Positions 25,331-39,030 of a DNA stretch of 64,000 nt are shown here, piece after piece. The notes under the pieces are model-generated. The model was not told the DNA's origin and made no database searches. It saw only the letters and a program-made list of their open reading frames with translations. Every line of letters begins with the position of its first letter. Position 1 is the stretch's first letter. The position numbers and the translations under genes were made by a program. This DNA comes from Vicugna vicugna (Eukaryota), in the NCBI GenBank assembly GCA_013265495.1, contig MU061579.1:3655319-3719318 (forward strand), in the 5' to 3' direction.

Positions 25331-26074
25331 TAGTTTAAAAATATTGCTTACTAAAACATCTTTTAAATTGAAAAATTTTATAAGAAGAAAAAAATCAAAC
25401 TTCCTTCAATATGAATTCTTTAAGAAGAAACTATCAATCCAGCCTTTATGTATTATAAACTTTCTAATTCTATGCAACGATAGATACTTGTGAACTTGGT
25501 TTTTCAATCTGTAGATCAAAATGTGGTTATAATTTCAACCACAATACTTTTGAAAATCTAATTGGTTTCAATTAAGGTACATAAACCATATCCACTGCTT
25601 AGATGAAACTGAGAAAAACTGACAAGTTTCTTCAATCATAACACATAAAAACCAGCCATAAAATACATCAGTCCCAAATGTGTCTGGCCATATTTCTTGA
25701 TTTAGATTTTACAGCAGCTTTTCATAGGAAGGTTAACCCAGTGAAGGGGAATGTCCCGGCCACGCAGTCGGGGAACATCAAGGCATATCTTATAACCACG
25801 TGAATTTGAATAAATTTCTTCACACTCGAAAGCCTCGGGTTTTTTTCTGTATTATGATAATATTTAATATCAAGAGTGGTGGCTGTGATTGATGAGACTG
25901 TACATGGGAGAATACTCTGTGAACTGTTCAATGCTGTACAAATATTACATGTATGTGTATGTATGTATATGTGTATATATATTCTGTGCATGCATATATG
26001 TGCATTACATATATATGTAATTGTATTTCAAAAATCCCAGAAATCTGTCCAGATTTTGCAAGGTGTTTATACAC

Positions 26075-26210
26075 CCTGGTGTTAAGAGCACTATCTCTGC
26101 AGCCAGGCATCTCGGTTGAGATCAGATCTCTCCCAGTTACTAGTCATATGGCCTTGGGCAAGTGTATTTATATTCCTGGTGCCTCAGTTCCCTTATATGT
26201 AAATAATTTT
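26075..26210 (+). mobile_element. MIR SINE
   Basis: TGGTGTTAAGAGCAC...TTACTAGTCATATGGCCTTGGGCAAGT...GCCTCAGTTCCCTTATATGTAAA. Confidence 0.8.
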
Positions 26211-28603
26211 CATTAATTTGAGACAATTTTATTAGTTTGAGACAATTAGAGCTTCCTTTCAGTGTTCTAGAAACCAGCGGAGATATTTGAGATGATATAA
26301 GACAATTAATTTTTTTTTATCTTAGAGACAAACTTCTGTGATGTCAGCAAAGGAAGAATGTGAAGGGTTACATTTACACTAAGCTATCTGGGATCTATCT
26401 ATCTATCAATCATTTATCTTCCATCTTTTTTTTTTCTATCTAAGTATCTATCGATACACATCCATACACAAAACCAACAACCAACCTTCAAGTGAGTTTG
26501 GGTTTAAAATCATCAAGCTCATTATTGGAATTTTCTTGAAAAGATCTTGTGCAGTAATGTAGGCATGAAAATTAATGATTGAGAACATAAGGCAGAAAAA
26601 CCAGTGAAGACAATCATAATTCTCTCAATGAGAGATGAAGGTTCAAGAGTTAGGAGTTATTAACAATTTGGTATCTTTACAATATCAAGCCTCAAATCAT
26701 GGGGGCCAGATACCATGCCAATAAATACAAGATCTGAAAGAATAATCCTAAATTCAATGGGATTGGAAATTGCTGATTATACCATCAGTCCCTCAAAAAT
26801 ATTAAATCATAGATCTTATTAGGCTATATAGGATATTCAAGTGTCTGCAAACAGCAAGGAAGGGTTTTTTTAAATGTCATAATAAATGCATAACAAAAGA
26901 AAAAAAGTGTTTTCAACTTGATTTTTTTTTAATGTAAAGAAATACAGTGGCAGAATGCTGGAGATGAGACAAAACTTTTTGATTACATCTTTAAATTCTC
27001 GAGTTTTCAATGGCATTCTTTAAAATATGGAGCTGTATTATTACTCTGTGAATTTGATTCCAATATTAAAAGACATTAATGTTTACTTAGGTACAAATCC
27101 ATGGATACTTAAAACAGAGTGAAAAAGTAGATATTTATATATTCACCTATGGTCTCACATGATTTTTTGAGATTGAGAAAAACAATCTGTTCTAGACATT
27201 GGAATTTATCAACATAATCATCATCTTTAAAATAATGTCATGAAGACAATTTAAAGAAAGAGTCTAGCTACTCAAAAAAAGAAAAAAAGGTCCAAAATGT
27301 ATTACTACAGAGTAAAATTAAGGCAGCCACATGTTAGAAGGAACAAGTGAAGACATTGTTGTGCTATGCATCACTCCTCAGAATCTTTCCACTAATCTCA
27401 CTAGTCTATATGTCCCCTAAGAAAAGAAGTCAAGTCTCCTTCATCACTTCTGTTCTTCGAATAGTATTCAGGATATAGAAAGTATCTAATAAAAATTTAT
27501 TTCTTAAATGCAATTATAGTAAGAAAATGGGAAATAATTTATTGAAATAAGTAAATGCTTACTGTGCATCCACTATCACTCAGAATGGTGAAGAGTTTTA
27601 TAAGGCTACAAGTGATATGATTTAGTCTTAATGTGGAAGAAACTTGCATGGAGGCCAAGGGCACAATATATGCATGATACAGTTGAAAGTAGGATTTGAG
27701 AATTCTCGCAGCATGCAATGCTAAATCCTAGATCAGAGGAAGTAAACAGAACTTACTTCAGTTATTTTAAACATAATATTTTGCTTTATTACAAGTAATT
27801 GGGTAATTGAAAAACCCTTGAAATAGCTAAAGAAGCAGAGTTGAGGCTTGTTCTTAAACAATGACTGCTAAACAGTACTACACATTAGACCAACATGGAA
27901 GCTTCTGTTTCTGCACTAACCAGGAATGGGAGGAACTAGGAAGGATTGCTGAATTCAAAAAATCACCACTGTGGTTGTGAGTCGAGGAGCTGAAAACTAC
28001 GGATGCAATAACAGCTCGTCATCCAAGAAGCTAGTGAATGGACACCTGAACGCTGCGGTAGACAACCTACTATCTCCAGCACTGAGACTGGCAATAGAAT
28101 GGTACTCTCTCTGATACCGAACTCTCACATCTCAACAAGTACATCCACTTAACAGTCTCTTATTTCCAGGCAAAACTCTACACACAACAGAAACTGAATT
28201 TCTAGCCCATGCATCATAACATAGGTAAGTAGACCACAGGAAAATTAAGTGGACGCTGCAGACCAATCCATCAAATGCACAACAGCCCTCGACTTGGATT
28301 CTTCATCTGCAGCAGCCCTCTGCCCGTACTTGTACTTTCCAACAATAATGTAGTTGCAACGACAAACTTCTGTCAAACACACGCATCATGTGTATCCCTT
28401 ATATAAACGAAAAGTCCCAAAAGATTTAGTAGACAAGTTGAAAATAACTCTAAGATATTTGATCTAATAAACTGAAAGGAAAAAAGAGGCATATCCTGAA
28501 ATGTGGAAGGCTATCGGAGGAAATACTAGGAATTCAGTTTTGGATCTGTAGCCTTAACACATGGTCCCACTCTTAAGCATATGGTCAGAGACAGATCTAC
28601 AAA

Positions 28604-28765
28604 CCCTCCCTTCTTTCCTCCCTACCCTTCTTTCCCCCTCCCCCACTCTTCCTTTCTCTTGCTTTTTCTCTTTCTTTTTATCTCTCTCTTTCTTTTTCTC
28701 TTTCCTCTTTTTCTCTCCCTCCTCCCTTTCCCTTCTTGAGTCCATCCCTCTGTTCTTCTCTTCCG
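28604..28765. repeat. CT-rich low-complexity tract
   Basis: About 160 nt almost entirely C/T on the + strand. Confidence 0.9.
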
Positions 28766-29547
28766 TTGGTCCCTTAATTATTCATGAGCAGATTATAATC
28801 ACAGTTTTAGCATTTATTTTCAATCAACACATTAACATATCAAAACACTGTGGTGAAAGACTGTGTCTTATCCAAAAGAGTATTTTGTTGACTTGGAATA
28901 TTTTGTTGCCTATGTGGAATTTATTAAAACCTTGACAAATACTTAGTAAGCTTATCGTATTTATCTTACAGATGACTTTAATTCATGTGTCACATATACT
29001 TTCACGTTATATTTTGAGGAAGTTTTAAAAATGTTTATGTATTTACATATCTGCATCTTTAGATGAAAAAATATACATTAAGTATTTTGACTAACTTCTT
29101 TTTCTCAACATAAAAAAAGTTACATAGTCTGTGTTGCTTTATTTTTCTGGTTTTCCTTATTCTCTTGTCTGTATGAAATATTCTTATACCACATAGCTTT
29201 CTGGGAATCTACTACCTCGCCTCCCAGTCTGCCATCCTTTTGGAAGCATTTCCTAGTCAACCTGCTGCTCTGGATGCAGGGAAGATGAAGTTCTTTTCCT
29301 GAACATATTTGCACAACCTTGTAGTAACATTTTCATGTAACATTGTCATTATTGTTAATTCACCTGAGATGTCTACCCCACTAGACGCTAATCTCTTTGG
29401 GGGAAGGGAACATATGTTCACTTCTATATTCATTACCTCTTTCAGTTAACATTAACATTATTTTTTAATGAAAGCTTACCAGCTTTACAATAAAAATTGA
29501 ATAACTCATAGCCCCTATTCTTAAAATTTTATTTAATCTAATAGGAT

Positions 29548-29686
29548 GGGGAGAGGGTATAGCTCAAGTGGTAGAGCGCATGCTTAGCATGCATGAGGTC
29601 CTGCGCTCAATCCCCAGTACCTCCTCTAAAAGTAAAGAAAGAAAGAAAGAAACCTAATTACCTGCCCCCACCAAAAAAAAAAAAAA
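29548..29686 (+). mobile_element. tRNA-Ala(AGC)-derived SINE (camelid Vic-1-like)
   Basis: GGGGAGAGGGTATAGCTCAAGTGGTAGAGCGCATGCTTAGCATGCATGAGGTCCTGCGCTCAATCCCCAGTACCTCC, then (GAAA)n, AACCTAATTACCTGCCCCC and poly-A; imperfect TSD AATCTA(A/T)TAGGA. Confidence 0.88.
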
Positions 29687-30789
29687 CCCTTAAAAAATCT
29701 ATTAGGAATTATTCAGTATGACATAATAAGTACAATGATAAAGGTAGCCCAAGCATGTTGAATTTACTTAATAATAAATTCTTGAATAAATGAAAGAATT
29801 AACAATGAATCTTCTGACAAGAACAACAGAATCAATGATAGTGAAACCTCTTATGTTTGCACCTGAAGCAATGACCTAAATTTTTCTTTTTTTCACATTA
29901 ATTCACAAATATTAAAAATCACTGTTATGGACATTTCCTAGGTATTAAAGATGCTGGGCTTATTAAATGAGCACACAATTCTAAGACCCAGAGGCAGTTG
30001 ATTTCAGTGTTCTGTCAGAGAATACCCAAATATTTATCTAAATGTTTTATTAATATAATATTCACGCAAAGTATGTGAAAAGCCAGTGCTTCCATTATTG
30101 CTCTTCAGAGCATGAATTAAGATAAAATTTATTAAAGATAATTACAGCCTTCAGTTTCATATTAAATAATGGCTTAACATGAAATACATCATAACCTTAC
30201 CATCATCTTATCATATATATTCTAAAATATTTATGAATATAATAAAGATGCATATATATGCTATTTGCTTACACACAAAATGTCATTTATACAAAATAAT
30301 GTTGGTATTCTCTTATCTGTATGTTACTAATTTCTTTCTCCAGGAAAATATTTCACATCAGCGCAAAAGATAATAGCATATGCCAGCCTCACTCTATTAT
30401 GCACTGTGTCTATTTTGTTCTTGTTGGAAATTAAAAATAACAGTAGTCAGCAGAGAGAGTTTATAAGCTTAAATAATTTATTCTGTGACATATAAATATA
30501 TAGATTTAATTATAGCAAATATATTGGCAATTTCACAAACACAGAACTGCCACATTTAAATGACTTATAGTATTAGTCATTGTTTAAGCAATTTTTAGAA
30601 AACTAAGTGACAGGGTATATTGGTTAAGTTATAAACATACTTAGCAGCAAAGTACTTAATTAGCCCAAAATGGGAAAACAAATTATCATTTTGAAATAAC
30701 TACCATTTTTTCCCACATACTCCAGAGCCATCAGCTATGGGAAGTAGTATCATGATTTCTGTTTTTACGTCCCAAGCTGACTTCCTCCT

Positions 30790-31312
30790 ATGTTGATTGA
30801 GTGCCTACAACATGCCAGGGGCTTTCCTTTGTGCTCGTGATATATCATGGAACAGAAGACACAAAACCTGCTACCGTCGTGTGATTTTCAGTTGGGAGCA
30901 CGAGTTAATGAAGAATGAACAAAATAAATATGTCAAGTGAGTGTGTATTTGGAGATGGTAAGGTAAAAAAGGGTAGAGCAGGGAAGCTGCCTTGCAGGTG
31001 TGGGAGGAGTTAGGATGCGGTTTTAAACAGGGTCATAGGGTTTCAGGGTCGCCTTATTGAGAAGGTAGGCCTTCAGCAAAGATTTGAAGAGCTTGGGGGA
31101 GTTCTTCAGGGGAAAAGAATCCCGGGTAGAGGAACAGGGCAACCATTCGTATGTTTGCAGACAAACAAGGCTAGAATGGCTGCAGACGCGTCTTGGCATC
31201 ATCTCACAAAGGACTGTGAGGCCAGCGGGTGCACTTTGGCTTGTATTCTGAGTGAAGCAGGGGAGACAATGGAGGGTTTCAATCAGAGAGATGACACTAT
31301 CTGGCCCAATTT
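30790..31312 (-). mobile_element. L2 (L2a-like) 3' region
   Basis: GATTGAGTGCCTACAACATGCCAGG...CTTTGGCTTGTATTCTGAGTGAAGCAGGGGAGACAATGGAGGGTTTCAATCAGAGAGATGACACTATCTG. Confidence 0.8.
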
Positions 31313-32784
31313 CACAGATGTTCATTTTACCAGGGATATTCCTTTATTCCTGATAAAATATTGGAGAATGTAGCTCATCAGCAGAGACTTACCTAGCATG
31401 CCACTGGTCAAACTGGACCACATGGGCCCTTCCACAGCAGGCTTGCCCCTCATACCTGAGCCATGAAGGAGCAGGTAGGATTCACATTCTTTGTGGGAAG
31501 TTGGATTCCCAGATTATAAAGAATAAAAGGAGAGGATGGGAATAAGGAGGTAGCTTTTCTTTCCAAATTTTCAAATCAGATTAAAGAAGTGAATGAGGGG
31601 TACAGAAGAATCTGAAGTAGTTTGTGGGGAGCTTCTCCAAGTCAAATAGGAAATCAGTATTGGGAAAGAAATGTTTCTTTCTAAGAGGACCAATCTTGGC
31701 TGCATTTCTACCATGCTATAAAGAGTCTACCTCTGTAAGGAAGGCCTGAGATTATCCAGTTGAGTTAATCACTGTAATTCAGGTGAGTGCTGCAGGTCAT
31801 GTGACCTTGCACTGAAGCCCTATGTTCAAATCTAGTTTGAATCAATAATAGCGATTTAATCTATATCAATCTGATTTCTCATTTCTCAGTTGCTTGGAAA
31901 TCAGGAGAGGGGCAGTATCTATTAATTACTTAAACTGGAACAAAATGGAAACATGAATGATCAAAAGCAGTGGGGGGAACCAGAAGGTGTCATGTGGAGG
32001 AGACGAGAAAGAAGTGCTTATCCTCCAAAAGGAAAACTATCCAGACAAGGGCATTAGCGTTGGCCCATTAATTTCAGTTCCATGGATACAGCATTTGCAC
32101 TGAGTTCCCAAGACAGTGGCATCTGAATTTTCCAATATCAGAGAGGGGATATGGACTAATGGGCAGTGGCACCAGGCACCCAAATATATTGAAACATGTA
32201 TTTAGAACTGAGAGAGATGAGAGTCACTTCAAGAGTCCTTACTTTCTTTTGAGAAGTATGATGACACTGGGTTGGAGCAAATTATAGAATAGCTGTCGTT
32301 AAAATTTTGGATGCCTAATAAAATTTTTGCTGTCACCTCTCAAGAGATCACCAAGGAGTAATTAAAATGTTTCATTTGAGCAGAGTATAGACATCCCTAA
32401 TTTGAAGCATATGTTGGAGCGAGTATATTTTAGGTGAGAAAAAAAGCAAGCTGATCTGTACAAGAGTGTAAAAGTGTTAACCTGATACAGAGAAAAATCT
32501 CAGAAATATGTCTTGCAATTTGTATGTAGAAAAGAACAAACAGAATATATGTAGAAAAATAAGTTTGAACTACATAAAGGAAGCAAAATATTCTCGCTAA
32601 ACTTTAAATGTATTCTTAATTCTAAAGCCCTACAATGGAGTTTCAGAATTTGTTCACTTTAGTTTGAGTATTTTGCTACAGGAATAATTCTTTGGAATAC
32701 TAATACAGAAGGAGCATCTATGTTAAATTGAAGCAAGGAAAGATTGGTATTGTGACGATGCTTGCAAAGTTATTTCAGTTTGAA

Positions 32785-32960
32785 GATTCTCAGACTTCGG
32801 CGTGCAGATGAGTAATACAGAAGCTTCCTAAGATGCAGATTCTAAGACTTCAGGGCCAGAAATTCAGATTCACTGGATCTCAGATAGGGCATAGACATCA
32901 CTGTAATGAGCTCTCCACATGAATCCAGTAAGTCCAATCAGTGTTGCCCGACACATGCTA
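32785..32960. mobile_element. MER5-type hAT-Charlie remnant
   Basis: TTCTCAGACTTCGGCGTGCAGATGAG...AAGATGCAGATTCT...CCAGAAATTCAGATTCA. Confidence 0.6.
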
Positions 32961-33894
32961 GGGAAAGCTGCAGTGGTCTACATTAGCAGTGATGAAGACT
33001 TGAACTTGGGGTTGGCTGTGGAATGAGAAATAGACAACAAACGAAGGAGAAATGTTGAATGTTCAACTATCAAGTTTGACCAAGTAAATGTAAACACTGG
33101 ATAAAAGAGGACTCATGAGCAGTCCTGACAACTTAAGCCCTGGCAATGAAGAGAGTGTTCACATTCTTAATGCAAATGAGAACTACATTTTAGAGCAGGA
33201 AGATAAATTTTGCTTTAAGAGAGCTAGAGTTTAAGATGGCATAAAGAAAATGAAATAGAGATGCTCACCAAAGTACACAAATGCTTTAGGGCCAGGGAGA
33301 GTGATGGAAGTAGTGAGACTTCGATTCAGCAATCAGCTGTGTATATTAAGAAGTAAAATTGTAAAAGCGGATAAAAGGAATATAAAGCTCAGACAACCCA
33401 TTAAGTATCTGGGGAGAGTCGGGAGGGCTGAGGTTTGGACCTAGTCATGAAACTCACGTTTTCCCTGAGAAGTGACCCTTGAAATAAAATTGGAAGTTGG
33501 AACAGGGATTAATATTGGGAAGAAGTTAAGAAAGCGTAATCCAAGCGGAGACCACAGCCCCTGGGAACACCCAGAGATACGGGGGTGGGAAAAGCCACTT
33601 TCCAAGGAGCACCTGCAAGGAGATGTGACTGGAGGACCAGGAAAGGCAAGGTTCTGAGCACTTTTGTCTTTGTAGACCCAGTACAATAAGTTTTTCTTTA
33701 CAGTAAGAGCAATAAGAAGTCATAGGAGGCTTTTTAAGGGAGGAGAGTCCGAGAACCAGGTGCTGAGGACTTGCTATAAGGTGCTGTCATAATCTGGGAG
33801 CAGGTATGAACTACATTGTTGATCTCAGCCTGCTGCTGCCTCCTCTCATGTGCACTACAGGACAGCTGAATGTATCACTAAGAGGCCGCTCTGC

Positions 33895-34265
33895 CAGGTG
33901 CCTGTCCTGACTCACACTCATTGTGTTACTTCGGAGAAATTCCTTAATTCAGAGCTTCTCAATGTTGGCTTCATATTAGAACCATTTGGAGGCTTTAAAA
34001 AATACCAGTGTCCACCCTCACCTCCCAGAGATTCTGAAGTCAAGACCTGGCAGTATTTTTCAAACATCTTCAGGTATTTCTCATGTGTCTCCAAGACTGA
34101 GACCCATCGACTGTCACTCAATGTCTCTGTTTCCTCATCTCTAAAAGTGGGCTGATAGTAATGGTATGTGAACCTTGGAGATGCTGTGAGAGGATATGAG
34201 TCTGAAAATACGTGGCCTAGACCTGGGCATGTAGGGAGAGTTCAGTGCTCGTCAGCCATTGTCAC
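33895..34265 (+). mobile_element. MIR SINE split by the MER5 element
   Basis: TGTGTTACTTCGGAGAAATTCCTTAA resumes as TCTGTTTCCTCATCTCTAAAAGTGGGCTGATAGTAA after the insert. Confidence 0.68.
33948..34112. mobile_element. MER5-type hAT-Charlie element nested in a MIR
   Basis: GCTTCTCAATGTTGGCTTCATATTAGAACCATTTGGAGGCTTTAAAAAATACCAGTGTCC...CCCAGAGATTCTGA...GACTGAGACCCATCG. Confidence 0.72.
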
Positions 34266-36319
34266 GGTCACTTCCTACAGTCATTCCCTCTGTGGCCCAA
34301 GTCTTCCCCACACAGCACATCCATGGGAACAGCTCTTTCTTCAGCTTCCAGACTGCTACTCTGTCATGCAATGGTTCTTTTTCATTAACTGGTTATAGGA
34401 GGCCAGGGATTTGTTAGGTGGTGAGGTTTCCCTGCTCTCTGCTTATAGATGTAGTAAAAATGCATTTGCATCACTTTTTCCAGAGGTGTGTTCTCACAAG
34501 TTATTTATGCTTTTTTTCTCTCATTCCTTCCTGAATGCAAACTATTTTTCTCCTTACCCCTCCCCATCCATCAACAGGCCTTCCTTATTACCATCAGTAT
34601 TCAAAATACAAAATGAACAAATAAAGCAAAAAGCAAAAACCCCTAAAAATTAACAGCCAAAAAACTCCCCCCTTATTTGGACGGTAGGTGGACCTTTAAA
34701 TGTAAATATAGATACATTTTTTAAATGTTGACTATGGTTATATTATGTAATGCCACTCTTAAAACATGAAACTGTACTATGCCGAACAGTTGTAGAATCA
34801 AAATTTTAGATGACATCATTGCATTCTCCATAGCAGTCCCTTAATAGAAAGAGTGTTCGGTGCCATCTGCCCGAAACTACCCTGTAACCCTTATTTTTGA
34901 GTCCTTGGATGATGTATAACTTTGAACTTGGTCATCTGAGTAAAATGTGGATCACAGCAGTCTGCATTTTCCTGCCTGACTTTGCTTCCTGTATCGATTC
35001 ACTGTTAAGAGGTTGTAACTCAGTCCCTAGATTTCTCATTACAATTTGTCATATATTATGATTCATCATCCCTTTGGCACTTGCAAATAATTTATCTTCT
35101 ATTATTTTATGCTCCCTCAAATGTTCTCTAGTTAAGTCACATATGTCTACAGAGAAACTTTCTTGAGGTGAGAGACAGTGTTTTCGGATTGATGCCAGGC
35201 TAACAGAGCCAGTCACAACGGAACCACCATTTTAGAGAGTGCACGAGGGCTATGTTTAATTTATTATTTTGTTCTTAGTTTTTTTTTTTTTTGACAATGT
35301 CGACACATGTCCTCTCAGATGAGTAGATGATGCCCGAATGACACAAATTAAGATGATCATAATGCTGACCGGAGCTCAGCTTGGTTCATCACCATCTTTG
35401 TTCACTTCAATCCCATGAATATGCTGAGTTATGCTCCTTTCAGAACAATATTTAGCCATAAACATAACTGACTAATCATTTTGTCAGACAAAAGTTAAAC
35501 CAAAAGTAAAATGCAAAATGAATAAAAAAAGTATCAATTGAAAAAATATTTAAAAAATATAAAGCAAAAACTAAATTGCATTACATAATACACAAAGTTA
35601 CCAAGGCAATCTATGTAACGATTAAATATTTTTATTCTCTCCTGTATCTCTTATGTGTATTAGATTTATTTTATTAAATGAAGACTAGAAACTCAATACA
35701 GGAATGGAGAATGGGATAACGAAGTTGGAAATCTTGGCAGAGGCACTTTTCAATACATCGAGATATGAACACTAGCACTTTGTTAAGAATTATATAAAAA
35801 TATACAGTGTATTTAACTGTAATCATTATTTTCCACCCTGCCTAGGAAAAAGACAGCGCTGCAGTTTTCCAGTAATGACATCTGACAGGAGTAGCAGAAT
35901 TAACTGCCTGTAGCTTCTAAAATTATGCCTTGTTGTTCCAATGTAGAAAAATCCTCAGTGTGATTAACATTTACTGTTTATACTAACAATGCTTAGCTGA
36001 GTTCCACTGAAAGCACTAAAGCATTGCTTTAGGAGTGCTCTGTAGAAGATGTTCTTTTTGTTTTCTTTTCTGAAAAATACTGGACTGTCTACAGTGCACT
36101 TACCTTTGAGTTTTTAAATGCAGGTTTGTTTGAGTCTAGTGTGAACTAAATGGCTTGGTGAATTGAAGTGGGAAAAAGCTGTTTCCACTTTCTAGGACAT
36201 TGAAATGGTCCCATCAAATAGTTCCTAAATACATGGATCAAAAAATAAAATGAAACAAAACCAAAAAACCAATCAGTGCAGTGCCTTAGGTAAAGACTGC
36301 ACAAAAGGGAAAAATGAAT

Positions 36320-36515
36320 TAACATTGGACAAGCATCTTCGTGTGCCAGGCACTTAACAGCTTCTAGTTCATATAAATCTGAGGATGACTATGTAAGTTA
36401 AAGGCAAGCATCTCTATTTTTAAAATAAGGAAAATAAAGCCCCCCCACCAATGTAAGTAACTTGTCCATTGTCACCCAGTTGATCAATGGCCACTTTTGA
36501 ACCCAAAATTATCCT
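36320..36515 (-). mobile_element. MIR SINE
   Basis: GTGTGCCAGGCACTT...CTCTATTTTTAAAATAAGGAAAATAAAGC...AAGTAACTTGTCCATTGTCACCCAG. Confidence 0.7.
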
Positions 36516-36837
36516 TCTGACCACAGAGACATTAACTCAGCAGTCATTCCTGTGCCAGCTTGCCTGTTCCACTCTTAATAAGAGGTAAATGGTTTCCTGC
36601 TACATTTGCATTTTTAAGTTGTTTTCCAAATGACCCGAATTTGTGCAAATTCACCTAAGAAGTATCATGGGTTTTGTCTCATTCTGCTTAAAGTTTTAAA
36701 TCCTAAGTTTGCAAACTCAGAATGTAAACCTCCTCTCCTTGTCTTTCCTTCCACTTATTTTGAGGCTATGACCTGAAATACAAATGCTGTTTGCTATCTT
36801 TGGAATAGTACTGTACCCAAAAGTAGCAACACAAAAT

Positions 36838-37030
36838 TCCAGAATGTTCGAGTTGAAAGAGGCCTCGGAGATCAGTGGATCTGACGCTAAATTTGCATAT
36901 GAGAAAATTGGAAGCTGAGCCTCCCAGAGGGGAAATGCCTCCCTCACAGTAGGTCTCAGTCTAGTTACAGACCTAATTAGCCTAAGAACCAGAATGGAAG
37001 CTCAGGTCTCCCAGCGCTTACCTTGGTGGT
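36838..37030 (-). mobile_element. MIR (MIR3/MIRc-like) SINE
   Basis: CAGAATGTTCGAGTTGAAAGAGGCCTCGGAGATCA...ATGAGAAAATTGGAAGC...CCCAGAGGGGAAATG. Confidence 0.6.
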
Positions 37031-38579
37031 TTTCCCACCGCATTATGAGTAAACCTACAACTGAAGAGTTATTTTACGGATCCCTTCATATCCTGTACAA
37101 GTTTGAAGATCCTGCTCTATTTAATTAAGCTACAACCCTCCTTATATTAATGAACCAAATTTTACTAGTTTCTAACTTGGGAATTTAAACGGGAGTATTG
37201 AAATCGGGCCTGTATGCGCGTGCGTTTCTCTATTAAAGTAACCTGGTTGTTATGGAAGTCTCACTGTTTTTACCAGGCTGAAAATTGACTGGAGTTGATT
37301 TCAATGTTATCCATCGAGGCAATATTTTCTTCAATTGATATTTAATTATTGCCACTTGACTTATCAATTTCATTGTCCCCAATTGCCCAAATTTATGTAA
37401 AACATATTGAACTAGTAGAATGGAAAGAAGCTGTTTTCTGTTACGAAAAGGAAAATAAACCTAAAATGATTCTCTCTCTGCAGAAGCTAATTCAGGACTA
37501 TGAGAAATGACTTCATTTTTATGTCGAAACACATTCACCTACTAACGCTTTTGTCCTTTCAGTGAGGAATAAATTTTTATTCATTTTCCCTACAGATACC
37601 AAATTGCTTTTGAAAAAACAAACATTCTTACTGTGCACAATTGAAAATTACTAATTTCTCACTTACATAGATTTCTTAGAACATCTGATATAGTTTTTTA
37701 TTCTCTCCATGAGCAATAGCATTGTAAATTGAGCTGTTAAACTGATTCATGCTTAGACCAGCAAAAAAGGGTAGTGAGTGGCTCTGAATCTTTCATAAAT
37801 GCTGCAGAAAAGATTTCAGTCTGTGCTTGCCCCAAACCCCTGCTATTTTCTGTCATAATGCATCATTACATACTGATGTTTGTTCTTCTGCAAGTCAGCA
37901 AAAAAAAAAAAAAAAAAGGATTACTTAGTGTATGTTGGCCCCCTTCCTTGAATTAACTGTGTCACTTTTGATTTGTTAAGTTATCAGACCCTATTTCAGG
38001 ATTTCTTCACATTAGCAGCTGTGGCACAAAAATACACAGTCATCCCCAGAGGTTTGCTACTTTGTCATTTGCACCCTAAACATTTTAAAATTTTTTGTTC
38101 AGATAAGATCAGTTTTAAAGATTATAAAATAATGCTTGAAAGAGAAAGGAATTGATGAGGTACCCTATAATGAACCTGTTCTGTGCTGTCACCTTTTTGT
38201 AGAAAACCGGTAGGAAGTGAGGTTATTTTACAGACTCACCTATAGGACAAAACAGAAAAAACAATTAAGTATGAAATGGCCTTAATTAGTCTATAGTCTG
38301 ATAATTCTTTCCATTCTCATTTGTTGGCTAGGTCCAGTGATCATTTTCTCAAATAACCTCATTAATGAAAAATTCACTGTCAACACGGACAGTTCTGACC
38401 ATCAGACTCTTTCCCATAGTTGCTCAAATTTTCTATATGTAGTTGGATTCTTAATATCACCTGGGAATCCTAAATGAAGTACTCATGTACTGCTAAATGT
38501 GTTTGCCTAATAGACTCTGGGTAAGTAGTCTAGTATTTTACTAGTTTAATCTGGAAAAACCCAATATAATTTTCTTATT

Positions 38580-39030
38580 TAAATACATTTATTTATTAAA
38601 TATTTATTGAGTTACTACTCTGTTTGGCTCTAGGATAAGCCCTGGGAATTTGAAGGAGAATGAGATACAGTTCTTTTCCTCAAAATATTCATGGTCTTGT
38701 GGGAAGGAAAACACGAGTAAGGGTAGAACATACAGCTCAAGGGATTAAGGAGGCTACGGAATCACAAAGACTTGAGTCCAAGTCCAGGTTCTGCTACAGA
38801 CTGCCTAATGATCTGGAAAGTGTGTATGTGTTTGTTTTAGGAAAGATAATGTGTTTAAAGTGCTTAGCAAGGTTGAACTTAAAAGAGACTGGTGATGAGG
38901 AGACCAGTTAAGAGGTTGATGTGAAAATCAACTACGTTACCAAATTTCATGAATGAAAATGAGAGCATGGACATTTTTGTGACACTGGGCATGGAGAAAA
39001 CAGGCAAAGTTTAAGTGATATCTTAGGTTG
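38580..39030 (-). mobile_element. L2 remnant
   Basis: CATTTATTTATTAAATATTTATTGAGTTACTACTCTGTTTGGCTCTAGGATAAGCCCTGGGAAT...GGAGACCAGTTAAGAGGTTG. Confidence 0.65.

Noticed and set aside
28554..28935. 124-aa hydrophobic ORF and antisense K/E/R-rich ORF
   Set aside because: Both are translations of the CT-rich low-complexity tract.
29555..29625. Functional tRNA-Ala(AGC) gene
   Set aside because: It has a SINE tail, poly-A, TSD-like flanks, a mutated B box and a second dispersed copy at 53089-53226.
34855..34876. CTCF-like site (reverse complement GGGCAGATGGCACC); similar weak matches near 11630 and 12620
   Set aside because: Only half of the CTCF core matches; not supportable without a matrix scan or ChIP data.
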